A stretch of 64,000 nucleotides of DNA from Draconibacterium orientale (GCA_020726265.1 DYSZ01000002.1:1262-65261); one strand, 5' to 3'; shown: positions 48,502 to 57,064, counted from the first letter of the stretch. The notes: a model not told the origin generated them from the letters alone. Numbers and translations are program-made.

Positions 48502-49281
48502 ATGACCAACAACAACTTCTTCCTTCCCGATTTGAAATCCTTTTTAGACGAAAAAGTTGTTCAATACAACCAACCCTTTTTTATCGAATCTGACCCGATT
48601 CAGATTCCACGGTTGTTTACCCAAAAGGAAGATGTTGAAATTGCCGGTTTTTTAACAGCTACAATTGCCTGGGGAAACCGGCTGTCGATAATAAAAAATG
48701 CCAGAAAACTTGTTTTGCTGATGGATGAACAACCACATGATTTTGTACTGAACGCTTCTGAGCAAGAGTTGAAAACGCTGCAACGATTTGTACATCGCAC
48801 TTTCAATGGCGATGATTGTATCTTCTTTGTGAGGTCGTTGCAAAATATCTATAAAAATTGTGGCGGATTGCAGGCTGTTTTTCAGGATGGTTTTGAAAAT
48901 GACCACACAGTAAAAGCTGCGTTTGCCGGGTTTTTTACCAGGTTTTTTGAAATTGGAGGAGAACGTACCCGCCGTCATGTTTCGAATGTGGAAAAGGATG
49001 CAGCGGCAAAACGACTGAATTTGTTTTTACGATGGATGGTCAGAAGCGATAAAAGCAAAATCGATTTTGGTTTGTGGAACGGAATTCCTGCATCGGCACT
49101 CATGCTGCCACTCGATGTGCACACAGGAAATGTTGCGCGCAGACTTGGGCTGTTAACCCGTCGCTCGAACGACTGGAAAGCCGTGGAAGAAGTTACCTGC
49201 CAACTGCGTAAATTCGATAACGAAGACCCGGTGAAATACGATTTTGCTTTGTTCGGCCTCGGGGTTTTTGAGAAATTCTGA
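48502..49281 (+). CDS. TIGR02757/DUF2400-family protein
   Basis: EIAGFLTATIAWGNR and LPLDVHTGNVARRLGL motifs. 259 aa. Confidence 0.65.
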   Translation: MTNNNFFLPDLKSFLDEKVVQYNQPFFIESDPIQIPRLFTQKEDVEIAGFLTATIAWGNRLSIIKNARKLVLLMDEQPHDFVLNASEQELKTLQRFVHRTFNGDDCIFFVRSLQNIYKNCGGLQAVFQDGFENDHTVKAAFAGFFTRFFEIGGERTRRHVSNVEKDAAAKRLNLFLRWMVRSDKSKIDFGLWNGIPASALMLPLDVHTGNVARRLGLLTRRSNDWKAVEEVTCQLRKFDNEDPVKYDFALFGLGVFEKF

Positions 49282-49289
49282 ACAAAATC

Positions 49290-49381
49290 TTTGAGTTTCT
49301 TAGTGCTTTCTTAGTGCAACTTTGTGTAATTTTAAAGTCACACAAAGGTTCACAAAGTATTCACAAAAAACACAAAGTGAT
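49290..49381 (+). repeat. short direct/inverted repeats in leader of GxxExxY gene
   Basis: ttcttagtgc x2, cacaaag x4, and the hairpin actttgtgt-(12)-acacaaagg. Confidence 0.5.
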
Positions 49382-49753
49382 ATGAATGAGAATGAATTGT
49401 CCAATCTGATTATCGGAAAAGCTATCGAAATTCATAAGGAACTTGGTCCGGGGTTATTGGAATCAGCCTACAAAGAATGTTTGTATTACGAATTGATTAC
49501 AGCAGGTCTGAAAGTGGAAAAGGAAAAACCACTTCCCGTAATTTACAAGGATATAAAACTTGACCAGGGATACAGAATTGATTTATTAATTGAGAATAAA
49601 GTTGTTATAGAATTGAAAACTGTTGATTCATTTACTGATGTTCATATGGCACAGGTTCTTACTTATCTGAAATTTGGTCACTTTAAACTGGGTTTGCTTT
49701 TTAATTTTAATGTTACGTTATTAAAAAACGGAATTAAACGGTTTGTAATGTAA
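49382..49753 (+). CDS. GxxExxY protein (PD-(D/E)XK-like)
   Basis: Start moved to MNENELSNLIIGKAIEIHKELGPGLLESAYKECL, which contains the G..E..Y motif. Confidence 0.8.
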   Translation: MNENELSNLIIGKAIEIHKELGPGLLESAYKECLYYELITAGLKVEKEKPLPVIYKDIKLDQGYRIDLLIENKVVIELKTVDSFTDVHMAQVLTYLKFGHFKLGLLFNFNVTLLKNGIKRFVM

Positions 49754-50469
49754 TGAGCCACAACAAATATTTTCAATTCAAGCAATTCCGCATCGAACAG
49801 CACCACGCTGCCATGAAAGTGAACACCGACGGGGTTTTGCTTGGCGCCTGGGGCAACGTTGAAAATGTAAACACAGTTTTAGATATTGGAACAGGAACCG
49901 GTCTTATCGCACTTATGTTGGCGCAACGATGTAACGCCTCAATCACCGGAATTGAAATCGAAAATAAAGCCGCTGAAGAAGCTCTTCAGAATGTGAAGCA
50001 ATCGAAATGGAACGACAGAATTTCAATCCTTCCGGTTTCCTTTCAGCAGTTTGTTGCCACTACTGAATTGCGGTTTGATTTAATTATTTCAAATCCCCCG
50101 TTTTTTTCGAATAGCGAAAAAAGCACAAATCCTGATTTGTTAATAGCCAGGCACAACGATTTGTTGCCTTTTACCGATATTATTAGCGGAGCTTGTAAGC
50201 TACTAACTATTCGGGGCCGATTATCACTCATCTTACCATCGTCTGAAGCTTCAGGATTTATTGCGCTGGCGCAGAAACAACGGTTATATTTGAATCGGGT
50301 AACTGGCGTGAAGCCATTTTCCGGCAAAGAACAAAACAGGATTCTGATGGAATTTGGACGTCAAAAATCTCCATTTATTGAAAATGAGATTTCTGTTTAC
50401 GACAACTCCAGGAAGGAGTATTCAACTGAATTTAAAATACTTGCCCGCGATTTTTATCTGAAACTATAA
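49753..50469 (+). CDS. tRNA1(Val) (adenine37-N6)-methyltransferase (YfiC/TrmN6-like)
   Basis: FKQFRIEQHHAAMKVNTDGVLLGAW, DIGTGTGLIAL and NPPFF. Confidence 0.8.
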   Translation: MSHNKYFQFKQFRIEQHHAAMKVNTDGVLLGAWGNVENVNTVLDIGTGTGLIALMLAQRCNASITGIEIENKAAEEALQNVKQSKWNDRISILPVSFQQFVATTELRFDLIISNPPFFSNSEKSTNPDLLIARHNDLLPFTDIISGACKLLTIRGRLSLILPSSEASGFIALAQKQRLYLNRVTGVKPFSGKEQNRILMEFGRQKSPFIENEISVYDNSRKEYSTEFKILARDFYLKL

Positions 50470-50617
50470 CCTGGGAATTTTAGCATTATCAGGTTTTTCT
50501 ATCGTGGGTTGAAAAAAGCAAACAGGAAGAACTGAACAATTGTATTAATACTGGGTTAATTCTCGGAAAGAAAGATATTTAATAAGAGACTTAAATGTCT
50601 GATTATAAATAAAGCAT

Positions 50618-50625
50618 TAATTTTG
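50618..50625 (+). promoter_or_regulatory. candidate -7 promoter box (TAatTTTG)
   Basis: 24 nt upstream of the ATG at 50650. Confidence 0.4.
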
Positions 50626-50649
50626 CCACTTAATTTACAATAATACACC

Positions 50650-51330
50650 ATGAACGTTGATATGAAACCCGATTTACATATTGATACTCACTATTATAAA
50701 GTTACTGAACTCAGGAGTTTAACTGAAAATACCTTTGTGCTTTCATTGCCAAAAAGCCGCTTTAAATTTGAAGCTGGCCAGCACATTTCTTTATCGATTA
50801 TGGGCGATTACCAAAGTCGTGAATATTCGATTTACAGTGCGGAGGAAGGTGAAAGCCTTGAAATTCTGGTGAAAGAAGTAGAAGGCGGGTATTTTTCCCC
50901 TAAACTTAAACACCTTAGAACCGGCGATTTGGTTGAAGTTCACGGGTCTTTCGGGAAATTTGGGCTCGACGAAAAGAAACGCGATACACACCAGCATATT
51001 TTTATTGCCAGCGGCACTGGAATTGCCCCGTTTCACAGTATGGTAAAAACCAATCCGGGTTTAAATTACCACTTAATTCACGGTGTGCGTTACCTTAACG
51101 AAGCTTACGAAATTGGCGAATACGAACGCAGCCGGGTAACTGTTTGTACCTCGCGCGACGAAAAGGGTGATTTCTATGGTCGTTTAACTGATTACCTGAA
51201 AAAAACTGACTTCGTAAAAAACACCTGTTTTTACCTGTGCGGCAACAGTGATATGATTTTCGATGCCATGGAAATCCTTAAATCAAAAGGTTTCGACCGC
51301 GATAGTGTTACAGTTGAGGTTTATTTTTAA
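50650..51330 (+). CDS. ferredoxin-NADP reductase-like FAD/NAD(P)-binding oxidoreductase
   Basis: SREYSIYS (RxYS FAD motif), ASGTGIAPF and YLCGN. Confidence 0.75.
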   Translation: MNVDMKPDLHIDTHYYKVTELRSLTENTFVLSLPKSRFKFEAGQHISLSIMGDYQSREYSIYSAEEGESLEILVKEVEGGYFSPKLKHLRTGDLVEVHGSFGKFGLDEKKRDTHQHIFIASGTGIAPFHSMVKTNPGLNYHLIHGVRYLNEAYEIGEYERSRVTVCTSRDEKGDFYGRLTDYLKKTDFVKNTCFYLCGNSDMIFDAMEILKSKGFDRDSVTVEVYF

Positions 51331-51424
51331 TTCATCTGGTTTTTTCTGATGAATATTCTTGTCAGCTGATTGTGAGTTTTGTATCTTCGGTTCCTTTAAA
51401 TCAAAAAACCTAAAAATTTGTAAG

Positions 51425-52027
51425 ATGAAGATTATATCAGCATTGACTTTGTTGCTTGTATTTTCAGCAACTTGTTTTGCCGGGAAGAAAGACGGCAAAT
51501 CGATTTTCAATGGTAAAAATCTCGATGGCTGGGTAATTCACGGTACCGAAAAATGGTACGTGGAAGAAGGTTTGTTGATTTGTGAAAGTGGTCCTGACAA
51601 AGGTTATGGTTATCTTTCGACTGAAAAATTCTACGATAATTTTGAAGTTGAAGTTGAATTTTTGCAGGAAGCGAACGGAAACAGCGGCGTTTTTTTCCGT
51701 TCTACTTTCGAAGGTACAAAAGTAAGTGGCTGGCAGGTTGAAGTAGCTCCGCCAAACCACGACACCGGTGGAATTTACGAATCGTACGGTCGTGGCTGGC
51801 TGGTACAGATTCCCGATGAGAAAGAAAACATCCTGAAAATGGGAGAATGGAACAAAATGAAAATCAGGGCTGAAGGCGGCCGTGTTACTACCTGGCTTAA
51901 TGGTCAGCTGATGGTTGAAATTACCGACGATAAAATTGCAGATGGAAAAGGTGCGATTGCATTACAGATTCACGATGGTGGTGGTATTAAAGTGAAATGG
52001 CGCAACCTGAAAGTGAGGGAATTGTAA
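51425..52027 (+). CDS. DUF1080 (3-keto-disaccharide hydrolase-like) secreted protein
   Basis: Start moved to MKIISALTLLLVFS. FNGKNLDGW and ALQIHDGG...WRNLKVREL. Confidence 0.75.
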   Translation: MKIISALTLLLVFSATCFAGKKDGKSIFNGKNLDGWVIHGTEKWYVEEGLLICESGPDKGYGYLSTEKFYDNFEVEVEFLQEANGNSGVFFRSTFEGTKVSGWQVEVAPPNHDTGGIYESYGRGWLVQIPDEKENILKMGEWNKMKIRAEGGRVTTWLNGQLMVEITDDKIADGKGAIALQIHDGGGIKVKWRNLKVREL

Positions 52028-52030
52028 AGG

Positions 52031-52064
52031 AAGCCTCTCCCCAGCCCTCTCCAAAGGAGAGGGA
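52031..52064. repeat. GC-rich hairpin repeat, copy 6
   Basis: agcctctcccc-ag-ccctctcc-aaa-ggagaggg. Confidence 0.7.
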
Positions 52065-52069
52065 GTAAG

Positions 52070-52112
52070 AAAAAGTTCCAAACTTACGTCAACATAAGTT
52101 TGGAACTTTTTT
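52070..52112. terminator. bidirectional rho-independent terminator
   Basis: aaaa-agttccaaactta-cgtcaaca-taagtttggaact-tttttt. Confidence 0.8.
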
Positions 52113-52114
52113 AT

Positions 52115-52172
52115 TTCCCTCCTTCGGAGTGAATAAGGGAGGCTTATTTTGGAGAGGGCAGCGGAGAGGCTT
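52115..52172. repeat. GC-rich hairpin repeat, copy 7 (inverted, composite)
   Basis: ccctcc..gggaggct..ggagaggg-cagc-ggagaggct. Supplies the last codons (..ASPLPSPK*) of the 52144-52920 gene. Confidence 0.6.
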
Positions 52173-52920
52173 GTTGTGTCTTTTCGATCTGGTAATAATG
52201 AAGGAACTCAATAACTGTTGCACGTACCTCATATTCTGACGACAAGTAAGGCAAAACGTCCTGACTGTTAAACCACACCATAAACGAATCGGCTGCAGAT
52301 TCATTCAACCCTGTGAGCATCATCACTTTGTCTTTGTTGTAGTTTTGTGAATGCATTTCCCAGTTTTTCTGTACTACCATTTCTTTTCGTACCTCACGTT
52401 TCCTTTTTTCCTTTTTGCTTAAATAATATTGCCAATACGAAATAGGGTTAAAGAAAGCAGCGAGCACCGGCGGTGCGTCGTTAAAAGCATCACCTCTCAG
52501 TTCGGGTGCTAATTCGGTTGGCCGGCCGGTTTCAAACCCAAGGTCCACTTTTGGTTTTTCACCATCCACTTTTACTTCGCCCAAACCATAACTCACCGGT
52601 TGAATATAAAAATTAAGTGTTGAGTAGCCCGAATAGTTCGCCGGTACTTTCAGTACACTTTTTTGAAATCCAATTGATGTAATTATCAGGCTGTCAATAT
52701 TTAACATTTCAAGGGTAAAATAACCGCCGTTGTTGGTGATGGTTCCGCTGTGGGTACGCAGGTTCAGCACGTTGGCATACGGAACCGGCACACTGTCAGC
52801 AAGACTTAAAATATTGGCTTTAATTTTAATGAGCACAGGATCAATTTCTTCATCCTGCGCTGCAACTTTGAGTATCGCGAAAATCAAAAAAAGAAAAGTG
52901 ATGCTGGTAAATATCTTCAT
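52144..52920 (-). CDS. CarboxypepD_reg-like domain protein, secreted (hypothetical)
   Basis: Start moved to MKIFTSITFLFLIFAILKVAAQ. PVPYANVLNL..GTITNNGGYFTL is carboxypeptidase-regulatory-like. Confidence 0.6.
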   Translation of the reverse strand: MKIFTSITFLFLIFAILKVAAQDEEIDPVLIKIKANILSLADSVPVPYANVLNLRTHSGTITNNGGYFTLEMLNIDSLIITSIGFQKSVLKVPANYSGYSTLNFYIQPVSYGLGEVKVDGEKPKVDLGFETGRPTELAPELRGDAFNDAPPVLAAFFNPISYWQYYLSKKEKRKREVRKEMVVQKNWEMHSQNYNKDKVMMLTGLNESAADSFMVWFNSQDVLPYLSSEYEVRATVIEFLHYYQIEKTQQASPLPSPK

Positions 52921-52941
52921 GTTAATGTGTTCGATATATGT

Positions 52942-52949
52942 CAAAAATA
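52942..52949 (-). promoter_or_regulatory. candidate -7 box (TAttTTTG on minus strand)
   Basis: 21 nt upstream of the ATG at 52920. Confidence 0.4.
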
Positions 52950-52996
52950 GGGAAAAGTTTGGTCTGAAGTCTTCGGTCCTATTATGTAATACACAT

Positions 52997-53013
52997 TTTA
53001 ACATGATTTAAGA
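52997..53013 (-). promoter_or_regulatory. shared 17-mer upstream motif, copy 1
   Basis: + strand tttaacatgatttaaga, minus strand tcTTAAAtcatgTTAAA. Lies 47 nt upstream of the -7 box. Confidence 0.45.
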
Positions 53014-53045
53014 TGATTAAAGAAATTGTACGGCAGCTTTGGCCG

Positions 53046-53750
53046 TTAAAATTCAATCCGGAGTTTTGAATTGAAATTGTTCATCATCTTCAGTTGATGG
53101 TCGTAGCCCGACATAATCTGAAAATCGATGAGCCTGTTTTTCATGCTGGTTTTAATCCCGGCGCCCGTTCCCGATTGGAGAAACAGTGAATTGTTGTACA
53201 TAAATGCATCGAAATAATCATTGGGTTTGTTAAACGGTGAAGCCACATAACGCCCGAAAACGTGGGCATTCAGGTTGTGGGTGATGGCAAATTCGACACA
53301 AACTCCCAGCGAATATTGATAATTTGGAACCCAGGGATTGAGAACTGTGTTTTGAATGGCGAGACCACCTTCTAAGCCCAAAGTGATTTTTTCGCCAGCT
53401 TTCAGCTGTAGTTGGTTGTTAAACCATTGCGATGTTCCCAAACCGCTCATGTTTATTTCAGTATATTTTTGGTTGAATGAAAATGCGGATTTTGAAACAG
53501 GTTGCTGAAATTGGAAAACAGGAATCTGGTTTTTAAATTCGGGGAAAGCAGTGTTAAATTGATTGGTAAGCTTCAGATTCAGATTTTCTGTTGGCTGAAG
53601 TGCTTTGAATAAATCAGTCGTTTTAATTTTGGTTGAATCCTTTTCCGTAGCCCGAAGTTGAGACTCGGTTTGTGCCCGTATTAATCCAACGGACAAAATG
53701 TGTATTACGGAAACAAGGAAAATGTTTATTGCTGCTTTTTTGAGTCTCAT
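53046..53750 (-). CDS. hypothetical secreted/outer-membrane protein
   Basis: 234 aa with a signal peptide (..LIRAQ). Beta-rich, and ends in ...KLRIEF. Confidence 0.55.
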   Translation of the reverse strand: MRLKKAAINIFLVSVIHILSVGLIRAQTESQLRATEKDSTKIKTTDLFKALQPTENLNLKLTNQFNTAFPEFKNQIPVFQFQQPVSKSAFSFNQKYTEINMSGLGTSQWFNNQLQLKAGEKITLGLEGGLAIQNTVLNPWVPNYQYSLGVCVEFAITHNLNAHVFGRYVASPFNKPNDYFDAFMYNNSLFLQSGTGAGIKTSMKNRLIDFQIMSGYDHQLKMMNNFNSKLRIEF

Positions 53751-53794
53751 TTGATTTTAGTCTGATGTTTCCAACGTTCTAATCTAAAGAAAAT

Positions 53795-53802
53795 CAAATT
53801 TA
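53795..53802 (-). promoter_or_regulatory. candidate -7 box (TAaaTTTG on minus strand)
   Basis: 44 nt upstream of the ATG at 53750. Confidence 0.4.
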
Positions 53803-53850
53803 TACAGTTTTATAATCTGAATTGATTGATTTGGATATTTTAACAGAGAG

Positions 53851-53867
53851 TTTAACATGATTTAAGA
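53851..53867 (-). promoter_or_regulatory. shared 17-mer upstream motif, copy 2
   Basis: Identical 17-mer tttaacatgatttaaga, 48 nt upstream of the -7 box. Confidence 0.45.
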
Positions 53868-53892
53868 GGTTATGACAGTGGTAATGCAAAAA

Positions 53893-53931
53893 GGCGCTAA
53901 GCAGTTTCAACCCGCTAAGCGCCTTTCTTCG
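53893..53931 (-). terminator. valS rho-independent terminator
   Basis: Minus strand: ggcgcttagc-gggttgaaact-gcttagcgcc-ttttt. Confidence 0.7.
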
Positions 53932-53974
53932 AACTTGACAACCATGACAACCCGACAACAACGACAACCTCTTC

Positions 53975-56900
53975 CTATTTCAACCCCGCAATCCGCTCTT
54001 CAATCACTTTTATCTTTGCTTCTGCGTCGGCTTGTTTGGCGCGTTCGGTGGCAACAACGGCTGCAGGTGCGCTACTGACAAAACGTTCGTTACTGAGTTT
54101 TTTCATAACTGAGTCCAAAAATCCTCGGGTGTATTTTAATTCTTCTTCAAGCTTTTTCACTTCTTCCTCAACATCGATAAAACTACCCAGCGGAACAAAG
54201 AAGTTGGTCGATTTTACAAGGAACGAAGCTGCGCCTTTTACCTCTTCTGTCACCATTTCGAGCGACGAAAGATTGCCCATTTTTATCACCACACTGTTAA
54301 ACTGTGCTTCAAAACCTTTGTCACCCTGCTGAACTTTCAGTTCCAGCGTTTCCTTTTGAGCAATGTTTTTGTCTGTGCGGATTTTGCGGATTCCCGAAAT
54401 GGCTTCCTTTACATTTTCAAAGGAAGCAATTAATTCAGTATCATATTTTTCAGCTTTTGGCATTTGGCAAATCATAATACTTTCACCAGCCTTTCTTTCA
54501 GTTAACATCTGCCAGATTTCCTCGGTGATAAACGGCATAAACGGGTGCATCAGCCGCAACATCTGGTCGAAAAGTTCAACCAGCTCGTTGTATGTTTTTG
54601 TATCAATTGGCTGCTGATAGGCGGGTTTTACAACTTCGAGTAACCACCCTGAAAATTCGTCGCGAACAGTGGTGTAAACAGTCATCAACGCTTCAGAAAT
54701 ACGGAATTGTGTAAACTGTTCATCAAGTGTAGTAATCACTTCGCCCAACTTATTTTTGAACCATTCGATGGCTAATTTTGAGTGTTCAGGTTGTTCGAAA
54801 TTTGAATCTACTTCCCAGTTTTTTACAAGCCGGAAAGCATTCCAGATTTTTGTGGCAAACCCTGAACCCTGCTGCGGCAGACTTTCGTCGAACAACAAAT
54901 CGCCACCGGCAGGTGAACAAAGCAACATTCCCACACGGACACCGTCGGCGCCGTATTTTTCAATCAGGTCGAGCGGGTCGGGGGAGTTGCCAAGTGATTT
55001 CGACATTTTACGTCTCTGTGCATCGCGCACCATTCCTGTGAAATAGACGTTTTTGTAGGGCAGTTCATTCCTGTATTCATACCCTGCAATAATCATTCTC
55101 GCCACCCAAAAAAAGATGATGTCGGGTGCTGTCACCAAATCAGTAGTGGGGTAGTAGTATTTTATTTCGTCGTTATCGGGTTTACGGATTCCGTCGAAAA
55201 CTGAAATCGGCCACAGCCAGCTTGAAAACCAGGTGTCAAGCGCATCTTCATCCTGTTTAAGGGAAAAGCCTTCCCCATCCCCTCCGAGGGAGGGGTGTTT
55301 TGCTATTACCAATTTTCGAGCCTCTTCTTCATTTTCAGCAACCACAAATCCGTAGTTCTTTTCTCCCTCTCCTTTGGAGAGGGCCGGGGAGAGGCTTTCA
55401 ATATACCAAACCGGAATCTGGTGGCCCCACCACAACTGGCGGCTGATGCACCAGTCTTTTACGTTGCTCATCCAGTGGTTGTAAATATTTTTGAATTTGG
55501 GCGGATGAAATTTGATGGTGTCATTCATCACATTTTCAAGGGCTGGTTTCACCAGTTCTTCCATTTTCAGAAACCACTGTGCCGAAAGTTTGGGTTCAAT
55601 CGGAATATGAGTTCTTTCAGAGTACCCAACTTTGTTGTTGTAGTCTTCAATTTTGGCAATGTTCCCCGCTTTTTCAAGTTCGGGAATGATTTCGTCACGT
55701 ACATCAAACCGGTCTTTTCCAATAAAAAGACCGGCTTTTTCGCTGAGAGTTCCGTCGTCGTTAAAAATATCGATTGAAGGGAGGTTGTGCCGCATCCCTA
55801 TTTCATAATCGTTAATGTCGTGTGCCGGCGTAATTTTCAGACAGCCGGTTCCAAATTCCATATCCACATAATCGTCTTCAATAATTGGAATTGAACGATT
55901 AATGAGTGGAACCAGAACTCTTTTTCCGACAAGATGTTTGAAGCGAGGGTCAGCAGGATTTACACAAACCGCAGTATCTCCTAAAATCGTTTCCGGACGC
56001 GTGGTTGCTATCGTAACAAAAGCCCCCTCCAACTCCCTCGAAGGGGGAGAGTTTAGAGCATCTTCGATGGATTGTAATACTGCTTCAATATTGCCAATTA
56101 CTTCTTCATTCGTAAAACGCAAAATCCGGTAACCTAATTCAGTTAGAATATCAGTTTTGATTTTGTCTAATTCCTGAATTTCAGGTTGATTGTGATAGCC
56201 ACCATCAACTTCTATAACAAGGCTTTTAGAAAGGCAAACAAAATCTACAATAATATCATTGATAATGTGTTGTCGTCTGAACTTTTCCCCCAATTTATTA
56301 GAACGAAGCATTTCCCACAAAACATTTTCAGCCTCTGTTGAAAAACGACGTAATTCTTTTGCATTCTTTTTTAATAACTCATACTCCGTTTTTCGCGCTG
56401 TCTTGTATTGTGGGTTTAGTTTCCCCCCCACGGGGGGATTAAGGGGGGCTTCTATTTTATATTTCAGATAATACAATTTTGATTGAACTTCCCGGTAAAT
56501 CACCTCTTCATCCGACAAAGCAGTTTTGGCAGCCGGGTCCCAATTTACCATTCGTACGCCTCGGTAAACAAGTCCTTTGTTGTACAAATCAACAAAAACT
56601 TTAATAACCGATTCGCTGCGCGGTTCGTCCATGGTGAAGGCGGTTCTGTCCCAATCGCACGAAGCACCCAGTTTTTTAAGCTGTTCGAGAATAATTCCAC
56701 CATGTTTGTCGGTCCAGTCCCATGCATGTTTCAGAAATTCTTCCCTCGAAAGGTCGTATTTATCAATTCCGGCTTTACGGAGTTTATCAACTACTTTGGC
56801 CTCAGTAGCAATCGAAGCGTGGTCGGTTCCCGGAACCCAGCAGGCATTTTTGCCTGTCATTCGGGCGCGGCGTACAAGAATGTCCTGAATGGTATTGTTG

Positions 56901-57064
56901 AGCATGTGCCCCATGTGTAAAACACCAGTTACATTGGGTGGCGGAATTACGATGGTATAAGGTTCACGTTCGTCGGGTACCGAATGGAAAAATTTGTTGT
57001 CCATCCAGTATTTATACCATTTATTTTCAACCGCAGCGGGATTGTACTTGCTCGCAATTTCCAT
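53975..57064 (-). CDS. valS: valine--tRNA ligase carrying four in-frame repeat insertions and an embedded DUF559 endonuclease module
   Basis: Start moved to [24 protein letters not shown] and KMSKS motifs, [11 protein letters not shown] and ISRQLWWGH. 1029 aa against roughly 870-880 aa as I recall for Bacteroidota ValS. Confidence 0.9.
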   Translation of the reverse strand: MEIASKYNPAAVENKWYKYWMDNKFFHSVPDEREPYTIVIPPPNVTGVLHMGHMLNNTIQDILVRRARMTGKNACWVPGTDHASIATEAKVVDKLRKAGIDKYDLSREEFLKHAWDWTDKHGGIILEQLKKLGASCDWDRTAFTMDEPRSESVIKVFVDLYNKGLVYRGVRMVNWDPAAKTALSDEEVIYREVQSKLYYLKYKIEAPLNPPVGGKLNPQYKTARKTEYELLKKNAKELRRFSTEAENVLWEMLRSNKLGEKFRRQHIINDIIVDFVCLSKSLVIEVDGGYHNQPEIQELDKIKTDILTELGYRILRFTNEEVIGNIEAVLQSIEDALNSPPSRELEGAFVTIATTRPETILGDTAVCVNPADPRFKHLVGKRVLVPLINRSIPIIEDDYVDMEFGTGCLKITPAHDINDYEIGMRHNLPSIDIFNDDGTLSEKAGLFIGKDRFDVRDEIIPELEKAGNIAKIEDYNNKVGYSERTHIPIEPKLSAQWFLKMEELVKPALENVMNDTIKFHPPKFKNIYNHWMSNVKDWCISRQLWWGHQIPVWYIESLSPALSKGEGEKNYGFVVAENEEEARKLVIAKHPSLGGDGEGFSLKQDEDALDTWFSSWLWPISVFDGIRKPDNDEIKYYYPTTDLVTAPDIIFFWVARMIIAGYEYRNELPYKNVYFTGMVRDAQRRKMSKSLGNSPDPLDLIEKYGADGVRVGMLLCSPAGGDLLFDESLPQQGSGFATKIWNAFRLVKNWEVDSNFEQPEHSKLAIEWFKNKLGEVITTLDEQFTQFRISEALMTVYTTVRDEFSGWLLEVVKPAYQQPIDTKTYNELVELFDQMLRLMHPFMPFITEEIWQMLTERKAGESIMICQMPKAEKYDTELIASFENVKEAISGIRKIRTDKNIAQKETLELKVQQGDKGFEAQFNSVVIKMGNLSSLEMVTEEVKGAASFLVKSTNFFVPLGSFIDVEEEVKKLEEELKYTRGFLDSVMKKLSNERFVSSAPAAVVATERAKQADAEAKIKVIEERIAGLK
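55266..55300. repeat. GC-rich hairpin repeat, copy 8 (in frame in valS)
   Basis: agccttcccc-at-cccctcc-gag-ggagggg. Translated on the minus strand as [11 protein letters not shown]. Confidence 0.7.
55361..55398. repeat. GC-rich hairpin repeat, copy 9 (in frame in valS)
   Basis: ccctctcc-ttt-ggagaggg-cc-ggggagaggct. Translated on the minus strand as [13 protein letters not shown]. Confidence 0.75.
56019..56452 (-). mobile_element. in-frame insertion in valS: DUF559/Vsr-like endonuclease module bracketed by inverted hairpin repeats (copies 10 and 11)
   Basis: Left hairpin, 56019-56056: agccccctcc-aa-ctccctc-gaa-gggggag. Right hairpin, 56415-56452: tccccccc-ac-gggggga-tt-aaggggggct. The interior encodes ...[85 protein letters not shown]. 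Confidence 0.75.

Noticed and set aside
56019-56452. An intein interpretation of the valS insertion.
   Set aside because: The junctions lack intein hallmarks: no Cys/Ser at the N-terminal splice junction, no terminal His-Asn followed by Cys/Ser/Thr, and no Hint-domain blocks. The insert is DUF559-like and bounded by DNA hairpin repeats.
18665-56452. The possibility that the GC-rich hairpins represent a CRISPR array or a degenerate one.
   Set aside because: The copies are dispersed over 38 kb, occur in both orientations, are not regularly spaced and have no unique spacers between adjacent repeats. No cas genes are present.
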